From Calditrichia bacterium (GTDB lineage Bacteria; Calditrichota; Calditrichia; JAJRVZ01), in contig CAWCNS010000009.1 in NCBI GenBank assembly GCA_963796965.1, positions 544,001-608,000 of the forward strand: DNA of 64,000 bases, given 5' to 3'. The position numbers and the translations under genes were made by a program. Shown here piece by piece: positions 49,994-61,300 of this stretch. Under the pieces are notes generated by a model. That model did no database searches, was not told where the DNA came from, and saw only the letters and a list, made by a program, of their open reading frames with translations. Numbering within the stretch: position 1 is the first letter of the stretch; every line of letters begins with the position of its first letter.

Positions 49994-51313
49994 ATGAGAC
50001 ATTTATTAATCCAATTAATATTACTGTCAATTACATTTCTCGTTAATCAGAATGTGGGTTCAGATCAGATACCTGCCGGACCTCAAAAACAACCGATCGC
50101 CCTTACAAATGTAACCATCCATCCCATAAGCACAGAAACCATCGATAATGGAATCATTGTTTTCTCGAGAGGCCAAATCGTTGCCATTGGGAAAAATGTA
50201 TCTATACCCGGGAATGCGCATGTCATTGATCTGGCTGGTAAACATGTCTATCCGGGAATAATTGAAGCCTATTCCCGGATTGGACTAACCGAGGTCAGCG
50301 CTGTGAAAGCAACGAATGACTATCAGGAGCTTGGGCAAATAAATCCAAATGTCCGTGCAGAAGTAGCTATCAATCCAGAATCTGAATATTTTCCGGTCCA
50401 TCGGGCCAACGGTATTGCCATGGCTGTTTCAGCCCCAACAGGTGGTATTCTTTCAGGTAAATCAGCATTAATACGAATGGATGGCTGGACCTGGGAGGAT
50501 ATGACCTACAAAGCACCTGTTAGCATGATGATGGACTGGCCCTCTTTAAGCATTCCGTATTCTCCCTCCGGAGGGAAATCCGAAGAAGAAAGAAAGAATG
50601 CGATAGAGAAGAATATGGCTCTTCTTAATAAAACTTTTATGGATGTGCGTGCCTACATGGTTGCACATAGTTCCCAAACGAATAAAAATACCTCTCATTA
50701 TAAAACCGATTTAAGACTTGCGTCACTTATTCCTGTTCTACAAAGGGAACTTCCACTTTGGATAAAGGCAAATTCCCTCGTCGACATAGAAGCCGCTATC
50801 AGCTGGTCAAAAACGCAACAAATAAGAATTGTTATTATTGGAGCAGCAGACACTGAATTTACCACTGAACTATTAAAAGAAAATAATATTCCGGTGATCG
50901 TCAGCCCTATCCTCCGCCTTCCCTCCAGACGGGACGCCAATTTTGATCAGCCCTTCACTCTGCCCAACAAACTATATCAGGCAGGTGTAAAATTCTGTAT
51001 TGCCAGTGGTGGGGCCAGCGCCGTACGCAATCTTCCCTACCATGCAGCAAAAGCAGCTGCTTACGGTTTACCAAAACAAGAGGCGTTAAAAGCTATTACT
51101 GTATATGCGGCTGAAATTCTAGGCGTTTCCGATAAACTGGGTACACTTGAGATCGGGAAAGATGCCACCCTTATTATTACGGATGGTGATCCTCTGGAGA
51201 TTACCACACATGTGGAAAAATTATATATTGAGGGTAGAGATATTGACCTTGGCAATAAACATAATGACTTATATCTAAAGTATCAGAAGCGATATGAACA
51301 AACCCCTAACTAG
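49994..51313 (+). CDS. Amidohydrolase family partner subunit, probably lacking the metal His pair
   Basis: VYPGIIEAYS (no HxH), RNLPYHA and GTLEIGKDATL; signal peptide. Confidence 0.82.
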   Translation: MRHLLIQLILLSITFLVNQNVGSDQIPAGPQKQPIALTNVTIHPISTETIDNGIIVFSRGQIVAIGKNVSIPGNAHVIDLAGKHVYPGIIEAYSRIGLTEVSAVKATNDYQELGQINPNVRAEVAINPESEYFPVHRANGIAMAVSAPTGGILSGKSALIRMDGWTWEDMTYKAPVSMMMDWPSLSIPYSPSGGKSEEERKNAIEKNMALLNKTFMDVRAYMVAHSSQTNKNTSHYKTDLRLASLIPVLQRELPLWIKANSLVDIEAAISWSKTQQIRIVIIGAADTEFTTELLKENNIPVIVSPILRLPSRRDANFDQPFTLPNKLYQAGVKFCIASGGASAVRNLPYHAAKAAAYGLPKQEALKAITVYAAEILGVSDKLGTLEIGKDATLIITDGDPLEITTHVEKLYIEGRDIDLGNKHNDLYLKYQKRYEQTPN

Positions 51314-51320
51314 GGCTGAT

Positions 51321-52571
51321 TTATTCATATCTCAAAGCTTCAACCGGCTCTACACTCGCAGCTTTGCGCGCCGGGAAGAAACCGGCAAATAGACCAATAA
51401 GCGAAAGGAGTGTAATAGATACTGCGATCACAGAATGTGATAAGAGAGGACGACCTAGAAAAGACATAGCCCCCTCCTGCGCCGGCATCATCCATACTAA
51501 TTTGATCAAACCAACAGATGCTAACATTCCTAAAGAGCCACCAATAAAAGCGATGAGCAATGATTCAAAAATAAACTGAAAAATGATATGACTTCGCTTT
51601 GCCCCAACGGCCCGCTTAATACCAATTTCACGGGTGCGTTCTTTAGCAACCACATACATAATATTTGCCACACCAACACCGGCAATTATCAAAGACATGG
51701 ATCCTATCACCGCCAGAAAAATATTTATTCCTCTGAATATTTTTGCGCCTTCCTGTTCATTCTCAATAAAATTCCACATGGGCACTGCTCTTTCATCGGT
51801 GGGATCGAAATGATACTTCTTACCAAGAACCCTTCTGATTTCCTGCTCAACAAAAAGCCCGTTTTCAACACGGCTTGGTTTAACAATTAATTCATCAAGA
51901 TAGGGATCTCCATAAATACTTTGAAAGGTTGTAAAAGGGATAAGTGCTCTTTCATCATCTGGACCATTGTTCATTGATGTCTGTAGCTTTTTGGGCATAG
52001 TACCGACTACAGTAAAAGGTATGCCATCAATTTCAACTGTCTCACCATAGGGATCGGGTCGACCGAAAAGCTCCCTGGCAATTTCACCCCCCAGAAAAAC
52101 AACACGTTTTCTTTCTCGTAAATCCATACCATTCAAAAACCGTCCGCCAGCACCATGAAAGGTTCGACGTAAAAATTCAAATTCTGGATATACACCTTCC
52201 ATATAGGTTGATGAAATTATATCGCCAACTTTTAGACGCGCTCTTCTGCCTAAACCAGGTACGGCAACAGCAACCTGTGGAATATTTTTTTCAATGACTT
52301 CACAGTCTTCGATGCGTAGCCAAATCCGACGGCCTACAGGTAATCCTTCCCATTTTTTTGTTGTCTGCCCACCATAGACACGAATTATTCTGTCACCAGC
52401 GTTGAGTAGACCTTCCCGCATTTGATGGGATAATCCTTCACCAAACGCCATTAAAAGGGTTACCGCAAGAATCCCCCAGGATATTGCAATAGTTGTTAAA
52501 ATAGCTCGGGTCTTTTGTGACTTTATATCCTCAATAAACTCTCTTAATAATATCAACATATTCATAGACAT
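51321..52571 (-). CDS. MacB/FtsX-type ABC permease
   Basis: GVGVANIMYV...ERTREIGIKRAVGA, FESL and PARKAA. Confidence 0.9.
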   Translation of the reverse strand: MSMNMLILLREFIEDIKSQKTRAILTTIAISWGILAVTLLMAFGEGLSHQMREGLLNAGDRIIRVYGGQTTKKWEGLPVGRRIWLRIEDCEVIEKNIPQVAVAVPGLGRRARLKVGDIISSTYMEGVYPEFEFLRRTFHGAGGRFLNGMDLRERKRVVFLGGEIARELFGRPDPYGETVEIDGIPFTVVGTMPKKLQTSMNNGPDDERALIPFTTFQSIYGDPYLDELIVKPSRVENGLFVEQEIRRVLGKKYHFDPTDERAVPMWNFIENEQEGAKIFRGINIFLAVIGSMSLIIAGVGVANIMYVVAKERTREIGIKRAVGAKRSHIIFQFIFESLLIAFIGGSLGMLASVGLIKLVWMMPAQEGAMSFLGRPLLSHSVIAVSITLLSLIGLFAGFFPARKAASVEPVEALRYE

Positions 52572-52592
52572 TCATCCTGAAATGGAAATCGG

Positions 52593-53840
52593 TTAATATC
52601 GCAGGCAATCAATTACGATTAACTTTGCAGCCCGGCGGGCTGGGAAAAAGCCAGCCAGAAAGCCAATCGAACTTAAAATAATAACAGTCACAATAGCAAC
52701 GAGTGGATTTAAAACTGGTGTTCCTACGGCTTCTTTAAAATCACCCATCGGTATGGTATTAAGAAGGGTAATAATCCCTACAGCCAACACAAATCCTATA
52801 AATGCCCCAATTCCAATAACGACGAATGCCTCAAGTAAAAACTGTCCGAATATATTTCTGCTCCGGGCACCTACAGAGCGCCGGATACCAATTTCACGCG
52901 TCCGCTCCTGAACAACCACATACATAATATTTGCCAACCCGATTCCACCAACAATGAGGGTAATGACACCAATCAAACCCATAAAAACATTAAAACCCAA
53001 AGAAAAACTGGCGACAAAATCATCCATCGTCGTTGTATCCCAAATCCCTAATGTTTCTTTATCATTTGGATCAAATTTAAATTTCTTACCCATGACAGTA
53101 TATACCTGCTTCTTCACAGATGCAGATATTCCCGGTGAAGCAACCTGATAAATAAAATTACTCACATATCGACGACCAAAAAGGGATTTATGAGTTGTCA
53201 TAGGTATAAAAGCACGATCTCTGTCACGTTGGCTATAAGATGAATTTTGTGTTTTTTCCTTCATCACTCCAACAACCAAAAAGGGTGTCTCATCAATATA
53301 TACATACTCACCAATAACAGAGGCGTTTTCACCAAAAAGAAAATCCCGCAATCTGTTACCCAAAAACACAACCCTTCTTTTATATTCGTTATCCAAATCG
53401 TTAATCCAGCGTCCACCCGGTTCCGGCCAGATATTTCTCATGTACCCATATTCTGTAATTATACCGGTTACATTAGGCCGATTAATTTTATCTTTTACCC
53501 GGACAGTAGAACCCCACTTACTAAACTCCGGACTAATTCTCAAGATATCTTTAACCTCATTGCGAATGAGCTCAATATCATCTTCAGTGAGTCGAATACG
53601 TCGGTCCCGACCATATCCTTCAAAAGGTATGCTCGTACGCCCCGGCCATACAATACCAATCCGTTCACCGATACCATGCATATTCTTGCTCATCTGCTTC
53701 TCAACGCCAACCCCAAAAGCGAGGAGTAAGATTACAGTTAAAGTACCCCAGATGAGACCAAACATGGTCATCGCAGTCCTGGCTTTATACTGTCCCAGGT
53801 AATGAAGTATTTCCCGCAGACTATCGAAAAGATTTAACAT
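52593..53840 (-). CDS. MacB/FtsX-type ABC permease
   Basis: GGIGLANIMYVVVQERTREIGIRRSVGA and PARRAA. Confidence 0.9.
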   Translation of the reverse strand: MLNLFDSLREILHYLGQYKARTAMTMFGLIWGTLTVILLLAFGVGVEKQMSKNMHGIGERIGIVWPGRTSIPFEGYGRDRRIRLTEDDIELIRNEVKDILRISPEFSKWGSTVRVKDKINRPNVTGIITEYGYMRNIWPEPGGRWINDLDNEYKRRVVFLGNRLRDFLFGENASVIGEYVYIDETPFLVVGVMKEKTQNSSYSQRDRDRAFIPMTTHKSLFGRRYVSNFIYQVASPGISASVKKQVYTVMGKKFKFDPNDKETLGIWDTTTMDDFVASFSLGFNVFMGLIGVITLIVGGIGLANIMYVVVQERTREIGIRRSVGARSRNIFGQFLLEAFVVIGIGAFIGFVLAVGIITLLNTIPMGDFKEAVGTPVLNPLVAIVTVIILSSIGFLAGFFPARRAAKLIVIDCLRY

Positions 53841-53885
53841 TTTTTCCTAATTTATCCTCTTAATAAATTTTATCTAACTTCTTTC

Positions 53886-54170
53886 CTCACGCAACGACGC
53901 AAAGAAAAAATATTGTCCACGAATTCCACTAATTTCACAAACTAATTTGATTGTCATTCAGTATGAATCTTCCAGCGTGACAGATAAATATCTTCGATCA
54001 GGAAGATACCTATCCCGAGACGCGATCCCGTTCCGGGACGGGATGACGATTATTAACTTATCGTTTACCATTCTCCATTCATAATTCATAACGACCCGGT
54101 AACTGGTCGGGCGGACACATGGGTCCCCCCCTACATCTCTTCGCTCTTCGCTTCTCGTTCCACGCTTTAC
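53886..54170. repeat. Cluster of several REP-like elements
   Basis: CACGCAACGACGCAAAG; CCACGAATTCCACTAATT; GTCATTC..GAATCT...GGATGAC; a GTAG-type REP (reverse TGTAGGGGGGGACCCATGTGTCCGCCC, about 54109-54135); heptamer tract. Confidence 0.55.
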
Positions 54171-54187
54171 ATTTTTTTTCTTAAAGA

Positions 54188-55288
54188 TTAAGTTATCTCC
54201 TTAACCTCTTTCTCCAATACTTCCTGACCTTCCTCCAATCCTTCTAAAACTTCAATCTGTATTGCATCGCTGAGACCTGTCTTTATGTAAATTTCCTCTG
54301 TTTTTTCAGGTCCGCTTGCTATTTCGACAAAGGCAGAGTCGTTTCGAAAGGTTACCACCCTCTCCGGAATAGATATAACACTATCTCTTTTGGCAATAAT
54401 AATGTGTGCATTGGAAGAAAATCCTGCCCGTAATACGACATCATTCGTGGGATTTATTTTTATTTCCACTGGAAAAACAGTTGTATTATCTTCTTTTTTC
54501 GCTTTTAGAGATATGAGTTTTAAATATCCCGTAATATTTTTGCCAGGTAAAGCCCCAACCTGCAAATCACAGTTCATCCCCTCTTTGATTTTGCCCACAT
54601 CTATTTCATCTACAGTGCCCTTAAAAATCAAATCATTCATATCTGCCATACGCATGATTGCCGTTCCTGGCTGATATGAGGTGAGCGGTACTACCGGATC
54701 ACCAAGATTGACATTTTTTTCTAATATAAATCCTGTCAACGGGGATTTGACAACTGTTTCTATATCTGTATTAGCGATTTTCACTTTACCACTTTCTATT
54801 AACTGTAATTTTTCTTTTGATATCTGATGACGTAGCTTAGCTTCATCATACTGCCTATCAATAACCTCATAGTCATGGTCAGAAATGAGGCCCTTTTCCT
54901 TCATTTGTTTATATCTTTCTAATTCTTTAACTAATGTTTGCAATTCAATGTCAACCATTTCCACATCACGTTTGGCTTGAGCCAATTCAAGAGGGGTGGG
55001 ATCAGGTTTAACATCCAGGAGCGGATCACCCACTTTGACAAAATCACCAACATTAGCATATAGTTTTCTGACAACGCCGGAAATTTTGGATTTAACATCA
55101 ATTTCTGTCACTGGCTCTATTGAGCCTACAGCTAAAGCCTTGTCGATGATATCTTTTCGGCTAGCCTTTACGGAACTTCGCCCATTTTCATCACCATTTG
55201 AATTTGAGGATATGGCCACTGTTACAATAATGATTATAATAAGGATCACAATAGACCAAATGATCCATTTTTTTGATTTTTTCATCAT
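54188..55288 (-). CDS. Efflux RND/MacA-type periplasmic adaptor subunit
   Basis: VKSKISGVV..LYANVGD.VK.GD.L, SPLTG and VDEIDVGKIK.G; N-terminal TM. Confidence 0.9.
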   Translation of the reverse strand: MMKKSKKWIIWSIVILIIIIIVTVAISSNSNGDENGRSSVKASRKDIIDKALAVGSIEPVTEIDVKSKISGVVRKLYANVGDFVKVGDPLLDVKPDPTPLELAQAKRDVEMVDIELQTLVKELERYKQMKEKGLISDHDYEVIDRQYDEAKLRHQISKEKLQLIESGKVKIANTDIETVVKSPLTGFILEKNVNLGDPVVPLTSYQPGTAIMRMADMNDLIFKGTVDEIDVGKIKEGMNCDLQVGALPGKNITGYLKLISLKAKKEDNTTVFPVEIKINPTNDVVLRAGFSSNAHIIIAKRDSVISIPERVVTFRNDSAFVEIASGPEKTEEIYIKTGLSDAIQIEVLEGLEEGQEVLEKEVKEIT

Positions 55289-55808
55289 TGAAGCCCTTCT
55301 TCCGGAGGTTAACCGATGCATGATGGCATGTGATAGATTTTACAAACTAAAGTAAAAGTGTATACGCTAACAACTGTAGATTTGTTACGTGTGGATAATA
55401 TATATCTAAAGATTCTTTTTTTGTCATGAAGGCCTGGATTGGCATCGATATTAATTTTAACTTTTTTTAAAATATTCTTGAATTCAGGGATTATTAAAGT
55501 ATATTTTTCCTATTATTAGACACCATCCTATAAAAAAAGACAGCATTATAATTATTTTTAAATCTAACCATCCAACATTAGTAAAAATATAAGGATATCC
55601 GGTCGTACCATGTCCCCATAAATAATAGTATAACTTAATATTTTAAGAGAGACAACAACAATACCCCAATAATTTGATTGTTCGGTAGAGACAATACAAA
55701 GATCTGCTTACGGAAATCAAGGCACATGGAACAATTTAGTTACCGATGTTAGTTTATATTTCATCCCTGCCGCAATATACGCATACATATTAAAATTCGG
55801 AGGTATTT

Positions 55809-56865
55809 ATGATACAGAGATTAATGAAACATATGCTTTTTATCGGATCTCTTATTTTTATGGCCACATTCGCACACGCACAAACTAAAACCAGTATAGT
55901 CTGTTTTGCCATTAAGCAGCAATGGCATTTCACCATCAGAGGCACTTGTCCTCACCGATGAGCTACTATCTGTTCTTGTACAATCAGATGTATATACAGT
56001 TGTCGAACGTAGTAACATGGAGTCAATACTGGAAGAACAGGGATTTCAGATGAGCGGTTGTACCTCCAGTGAATGTGCTGTGGAGGCTGGAAAACTTTTA
56101 GGTGTCCAAAAAATGGTGACAGGAAGTATAGGAAAACTTGGTGAGATCTACAATATCAATCTAAGATTATTTGATGTTACCACCGGAAAAATAGAACAAA
56201 ATATAAGTCAAAAACATGAGGGTTCGGTAGAAGAATTGCTAGACATTATTGGTCTTTTGGGTAAAAAACTTTCTAACTACGATCCTGATTCCGGTAACAG
56301 TACTAAACTAACCTCAGAATCCCAACCATCTTCTATCGCTCCTGTCAACCGAATCGGATTTTGGGTAGGAGCAAATTTTCCCAAAACATCCACGATTTCA
56401 AATGTCAGTGGTGGATTTACCGCCGGACTATTTTATAAGGCCAATTTGAGTTCGAATTTATATTTACAGCCGGAAATTTCTTATGCCGGAAGTGAAATCG
56501 AAATCTATGAACCTACAGACCTTTTAATACTGGAATATCTACAGATAACTGCCTTATTTGCTTATGAGGTAACATCTGCTGGTCAAAATAGTCTTTTTCT
56601 CAATATCACTGCCGGTCCCGCTTTAAATCTGATTCTGACTGCGAATAATGATTACGAGGGATATGTTGCAGATGTGAAATCAGAGGTCAATAGCAGCGGA
56701 ATGTTAGCTATTGTCGGTGCTGGCTTTGGATTTAAAGCGGGCAATATAATAATTTCTCTCGAAGGACGCTATGAAATCAGTATTGATACAATATTAAAAA
56801 ATGATCAGGAATGGGAAATAGGAAAATTGCAAGCTTTTTATGTATTATTGGGCATTGCTTTTTGA
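55809..56865 (+). CDS. CsgG/TolB-N-like domain fused to an outer-membrane beta-barrel; frameshift near 55900
   Basis: Signal MIQRLMKHMLFIGSLIFMATFAHA; VVERSNME.ILEEQ..GC...CAVEAGKLLG..MVTGS; YLQPEISY; terminal LGIAF. Confidence 0.7.
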
Positions 56866-56950
56866 TCTATAACAATTTGAGAGCAGAAATAAAGATCCAA
56901 ATAGCGTAAATTTATAGACACGTCTCATATAGCAACCTGGATTGTAGATT

Positions 56951-56978
56951 TAGAGACGCAATTAATCACGTCTTTGCA
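56951..56978. repeat. Degenerate REP palindrome
   Basis: TAGAGACGCAATTAATCACGTCTTTGCA imperfect palindrome. Confidence 0.45.
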
Positions 56979-57146
56979 TTAAAAAGATAACATTAATGGC
57001 AAATCAATTTTATTTAAGGCCGATATTTATAAGTTAAAAGCTTCCGAGCATTCCCACCCAGGATTTTTATATGATTCCTTTTACTTGACAAAATTTTCCA
57101 TTTAAGCCGGTAGTTATTCATATTATATTTTCTTATTTTACAATTA

Positions 57147-58220
57147 ATGAAATTATACTTTTATATAGCAATAGTAATAATTTTTCTTTTAGGTTGTTCC
57201 CCAAAAGGACCAACAAAAATTCAAATTCATGAGAGAAAGTCTGAGAGTATTCAAAGCATATCCATGGGTGGAAATAATCTGGATTTTTTTATTAATAATG
57301 AACCTAAACCCTATCGCTGTTCATTGAATACGGGCATAATGATCACAGGATCAGACACTTATTACACATTAAACTTTTCATCCAGGAATCAAAAACTACC
57401 TTTCGAATTAAGCAACAACGATTCATTAAAACTAAAATTGGATAATAGTACCGTTAGCCTACCGACTCTGGATGTTAGTCGAACCGGAGATAATTTTTCC
57501 GCCTATTATCGCATCGCCTATTGGGATTTGCTAGATATGGGTAATGTGGATGGACTTGAGGTGGTGTTTATACATGGTGATACACTATTCCATGCCAATT
57601 TTTCAGATGACAACATTTATAACTATCGATATTTTAATGCCAAATATATTTTAAAAAATGATGATATACCAAAACCCTCACCACTCCCCTATCAACAACC
57701 ATGGGGATTTTTTAGTGGTGGAGGTGGAACCACTTATGATTTCTGGCTAAGTTATTATACTAATTTTATTTCCACACAATCAGGAATTGGGGATTTTGCC
57801 GCAGCAGGTTTTGGACTTTCCCCTTTTAGTTATAGTGAATGGATAAGAATACCCAAGGCCTCCCCTTCTTCAGAAAACTTAACTTATCAAATCACTCCAA
57901 CAGACTCTTGGCATGAGCTTAATGAAGGACGTAGCACCAGCTATAATTTCCATATTATGTATGGTTTAACGCAACACAAACCTCTTAGACATTGGTCTAT
58001 AGAAATTGGACTAAGTTTTTTCTACTATTGGTCTGAAGCACGATGGATAGATGGGCAGGATAGATATCTGGGTTCTGATATTCTAACCATCGTTGAGAGT
58101 GGGACGACCTTTAAGGGGCCTGCCATAGGTGGATTCATTCAATTTGGTGGGTTATGGTTTCAATACAACAGTAAACCCAGTTGGACTGCGGGCATTGCGA
58201 TTCCGGTACCTTGGTGGTAA
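57147..58220 (+). CDS. Hypothetical lipoprotein with beta-rich C-terminal half
   Basis: Lipobox LLGC; amphipathic beta strands; ends AGIAIPVPWW. Confidence 0.65.
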   Translation: MKLYFYIAIVIIFLLGCSPKGPTKIQIHERKSESIQSISMGGNNLDFFINNEPKPYRCSLNTGIMITGSDTYYTLNFSSRNQKLPFELSNNDSLKLKLDNSTVSLPTLDVSRTGDNFSAYYRIAYWDLLDMGNVDGLEVVFIHGDTLFHANFSDDNIYNYRYFNAKYILKNDDIPKPSPLPYQQPWGFFSGGGGTTYDFWLSYYTNFISTQSGIGDFAAAGFGLSPFSYSEWIRIPKASPSSENLTYQITPTDSWHELNEGRSTSYNFHIMYGLTQHKPLRHWSIEIGLSFFYYWSEARWIDGQDRYLGSDILTIVESGTTFKGPAIGGFIQFGGLWFQYNSKPSWTAGIAIPVPWW

Positions 58221-58364
58221 CAAATTTCTAACGCAGCGACGCAAAGTCGCAGCGAAGTGAAGAGTGACTTATTTTATACATGTTACGTTCTAAACCCGGT
58301 ATAAAATGATAATCATGTATATCCTATTATCCTGTCATAAGAATAAACAAAGCAGAGGTATAGA

Positions 58365-61300
58365 ATGAACAAAATATTATCCATTACGTTAATTATCGTT
58401 GTTGGAATCATCAATTTTTCATGCCAAAATAATACGCCTAATTTAATTCAGGACTTAAAATGTGAATATGTGGTAAATCCCATTGGAATTGAAAATTCTT
58501 CACCGCGGCTCTCCTGGATATACACCTCACCAGAGGGGGGAAGCCGGCAGTCCGCTTATCAGATCCTTGCTGCTTCCGACCCAAATATCCTCAATAAAGC
58601 ACAAGGTGATCTTTGGGATACAGGCAAAATTCCCAATGATCAATCCATCCAAATTTCCTATTCCGGTAAGAAATTAAAATCCCGCCAAATAGTCTATTGG
58701 CAGGTACGAATCTGGGATCAGAATGATCAGATCACAGAATGGAGTGACATTGCCTCATGGGAAATGGGATTCATAGAGAAAGATGATTGGAAGGCTCAGT
58801 GGATTGGCGCACCCGGTGAAACGGACAGTTCAGAGAGCTCTCCCCTGTTTCGTGAAGAATTTGTAATTCAAAAACAACTCTATAAGGCGAGAGCCTACAT
58901 CTCCGGTCTGGGATATTATGAATTATTTATAAATGGGAAAAAAGTGGGTGACCATGTTCTGTCCCCAAACCAAACCAATTACAGTCATCGAAGAGTAGAA
59001 AAATGGACAGAATCAAGAATTGGCCATATGTCTACCAGGGTTCTCTATGAAATTTATGATGTCACCCAGTTTATTCGTGAGGGTGAAAACGCTATCGGCG
59101 TCTGGTTGGGCGGTGGTTGGTTTATTCAAAATGACCGATTATATGAGCCCTGGCTTTTATATGATACACCTCGCTTCAGCACTCAGATTGAATTAGAATT
59201 CACTGACGGTTCAAGACAAATAATTATAAGTGATGACAGTTGGAAAACACATCCCAGTCCCATTCTACATAATGGCTTACACACGGGTGAAATCTATGAT
59301 GCCCGATTGGAGATACCTGATTGGAATCTACCCGGTGTTAATGAACAGGATTGGAAAAATGCGGTCCATGTTCGTTCACCCGATGGCCCCCTGCATGCAC
59401 AAATTTCACCTCCCGATCGGGTAATTAAAAATATATCCCCAACATCATTTTCTATTCTTGAAGATGGTATATACCGCTATGATCTTGGACAAATGATCTC
59501 AGGATGGACAAGATTATCCATCAACGGGCCCAAAGGTACTTCAGTTAAAATGAAGTTTATAGAGGAATTAGGTCCAAGTTACAGCCAAACGGATACTTAC
59601 ATTCTCAAAGGAGAAGGAACGGAAATCTGGGAACCGCGGTTTACCTGGCATGCCTTTCGGTACATTGATGTTACCTGTTCTGATATCAAATTAACTATTG
59701 ATAATCTGGAGGGTCGGGTTGTTAATACAGATGTAAAGCATTCAGGTTCTTTTAAAAGTTCAAATCAATTGTTTAATCAAATCTTTGAGAATTATCAATG
59801 GACGCAATTGGGAAATATGCATGGGGGAATTCCAAGCGACTGCCCCCACCGGGAAAGGCGTGGCTACACAGGTGACGGACAGATTGCTGCGAAGGCAGCC
59901 ATATATGCTTTTGATATGGCCCAATTCTATACCAAGTGGCTGAATGACATCGCAGATGCCCAAAATCAGGTAACCGGATATGTACCAAATACAGCACCCT
60001 ATCAGGATGGTGGTGGTGGTACCGCTTGGGGATCCGCCTATGTGATTATTCCCTGGTATATGTATCTCTATTATGGCGACCAGGCAATCCTGGAAACACA
60101 TTATAAAGGAATGCAAAAATGGTTATTTTACTTAAATGGTCAATTAGATAAAAAAGGCCGCCTCGTTAATCAGGGCCTCGGAGAATGGGTTCCGCCTGAC
60201 ATAAATAAACTACCCCCAGATTTTGTCAATACCTGCTACTATTATTACAACTGTATCCTCGTGTCTAAGATAGCGGGTATTTTGGAAGAAAAAGCTGATC
60301 ATACCCTTTATCTCTCCTGGGCAGAGAAGGCAAAGAACGCCATTAACAATAATTATTTCAATGATCACCAAAACAATTATTCCATTGGAAGACAAGGTGC
60401 AAATGTTTTTCCCCTAGGATTCGGAATCACTCAAAATAAATTAGTTCTTGAAAATCTGGTTAATCAGATCAATCTGGATTGCCAGGGGCATTTTAATACA
60501 GGTATTCTTGGAACCCCCCTGTTATTAGATGTATTAACCACCAATGATCATGCTGGGTTGGCCTATACCCTCATGAACCAACGTGATTTCCCCGGCTTTG
60601 GTTATATGATCGAAAAAGGAGCCACGACAATTTGGGAGACCTGGCAGGGTGACCAATCCCACAGTCATCCCATGTTTGGCAGTGTCTGCCAGTGGTTTTA
60701 TCAGATATTGGGTGGAATCAATCCGGATGAGAATCAGCCGGGATTTAAACATATCAATATCAAACCTTTCCCGATCGATGGCCTGTCTTTTGTTAATACA
60801 TCTTATCAATCTCCCTATGGACGCATTCAGAGTAATTGGGAGATAGTGGATGATGATTTTTATCTTAATTTAACAATCCCCTCCAATACCACAGCAACAG
60901 TTCATATACCAGGAAAATCTCCTGCGCAGATTTCGGAAAATCGTAAAACTATTTCAACTAATTCTGATATTAGTTTTGGAAAATTGGAAAATGGATATGC
61001 CTCCTACAATATCGGTCCCGGAAAATATAGATTTATTTCCAAGGGAATTAGCAGTTTAAGACCCATTCCAAACTTAAGTGCGCCTCGTATTTTTCCCAAT
61101 GATACATTGATCCATAAACCTGACTCACTTAAAGTAACAATCCTGTCAGAACATGAAGGAGCAGAAATTTTTTATTCCATGGATGGAAGCGAACCCACCC
61201 AAGAATCCATAAAATATAAACAACCCCTATTTGTAAAAGATAATTCAATAATTCATTCGCGCATTTATAAAAAAAATCGACAACCAGGATATATTAAAAA

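Noticed and set aside
6366..55910. About 14 frameshifts (near 6515, 8660, 11860, 12190, 29020, 32490-34740, 39808, 41755, 55900) as programmed frameshifting or mass pseudogenisation
   Set aside because: They are isolated small indels in otherwise intact genes with no shared slippery motif. Uncorrected long-read or assembly errors are the most parsimonious explanation; read polishing would decide it.
47550..60846. Numerous 60-160 aa antisense or overlapping ORFs in the ORF track (also elsewhere in the window)
   Set aside because: They are shadows of well-supported genes on the opposite strand or in another frame, with no motifs
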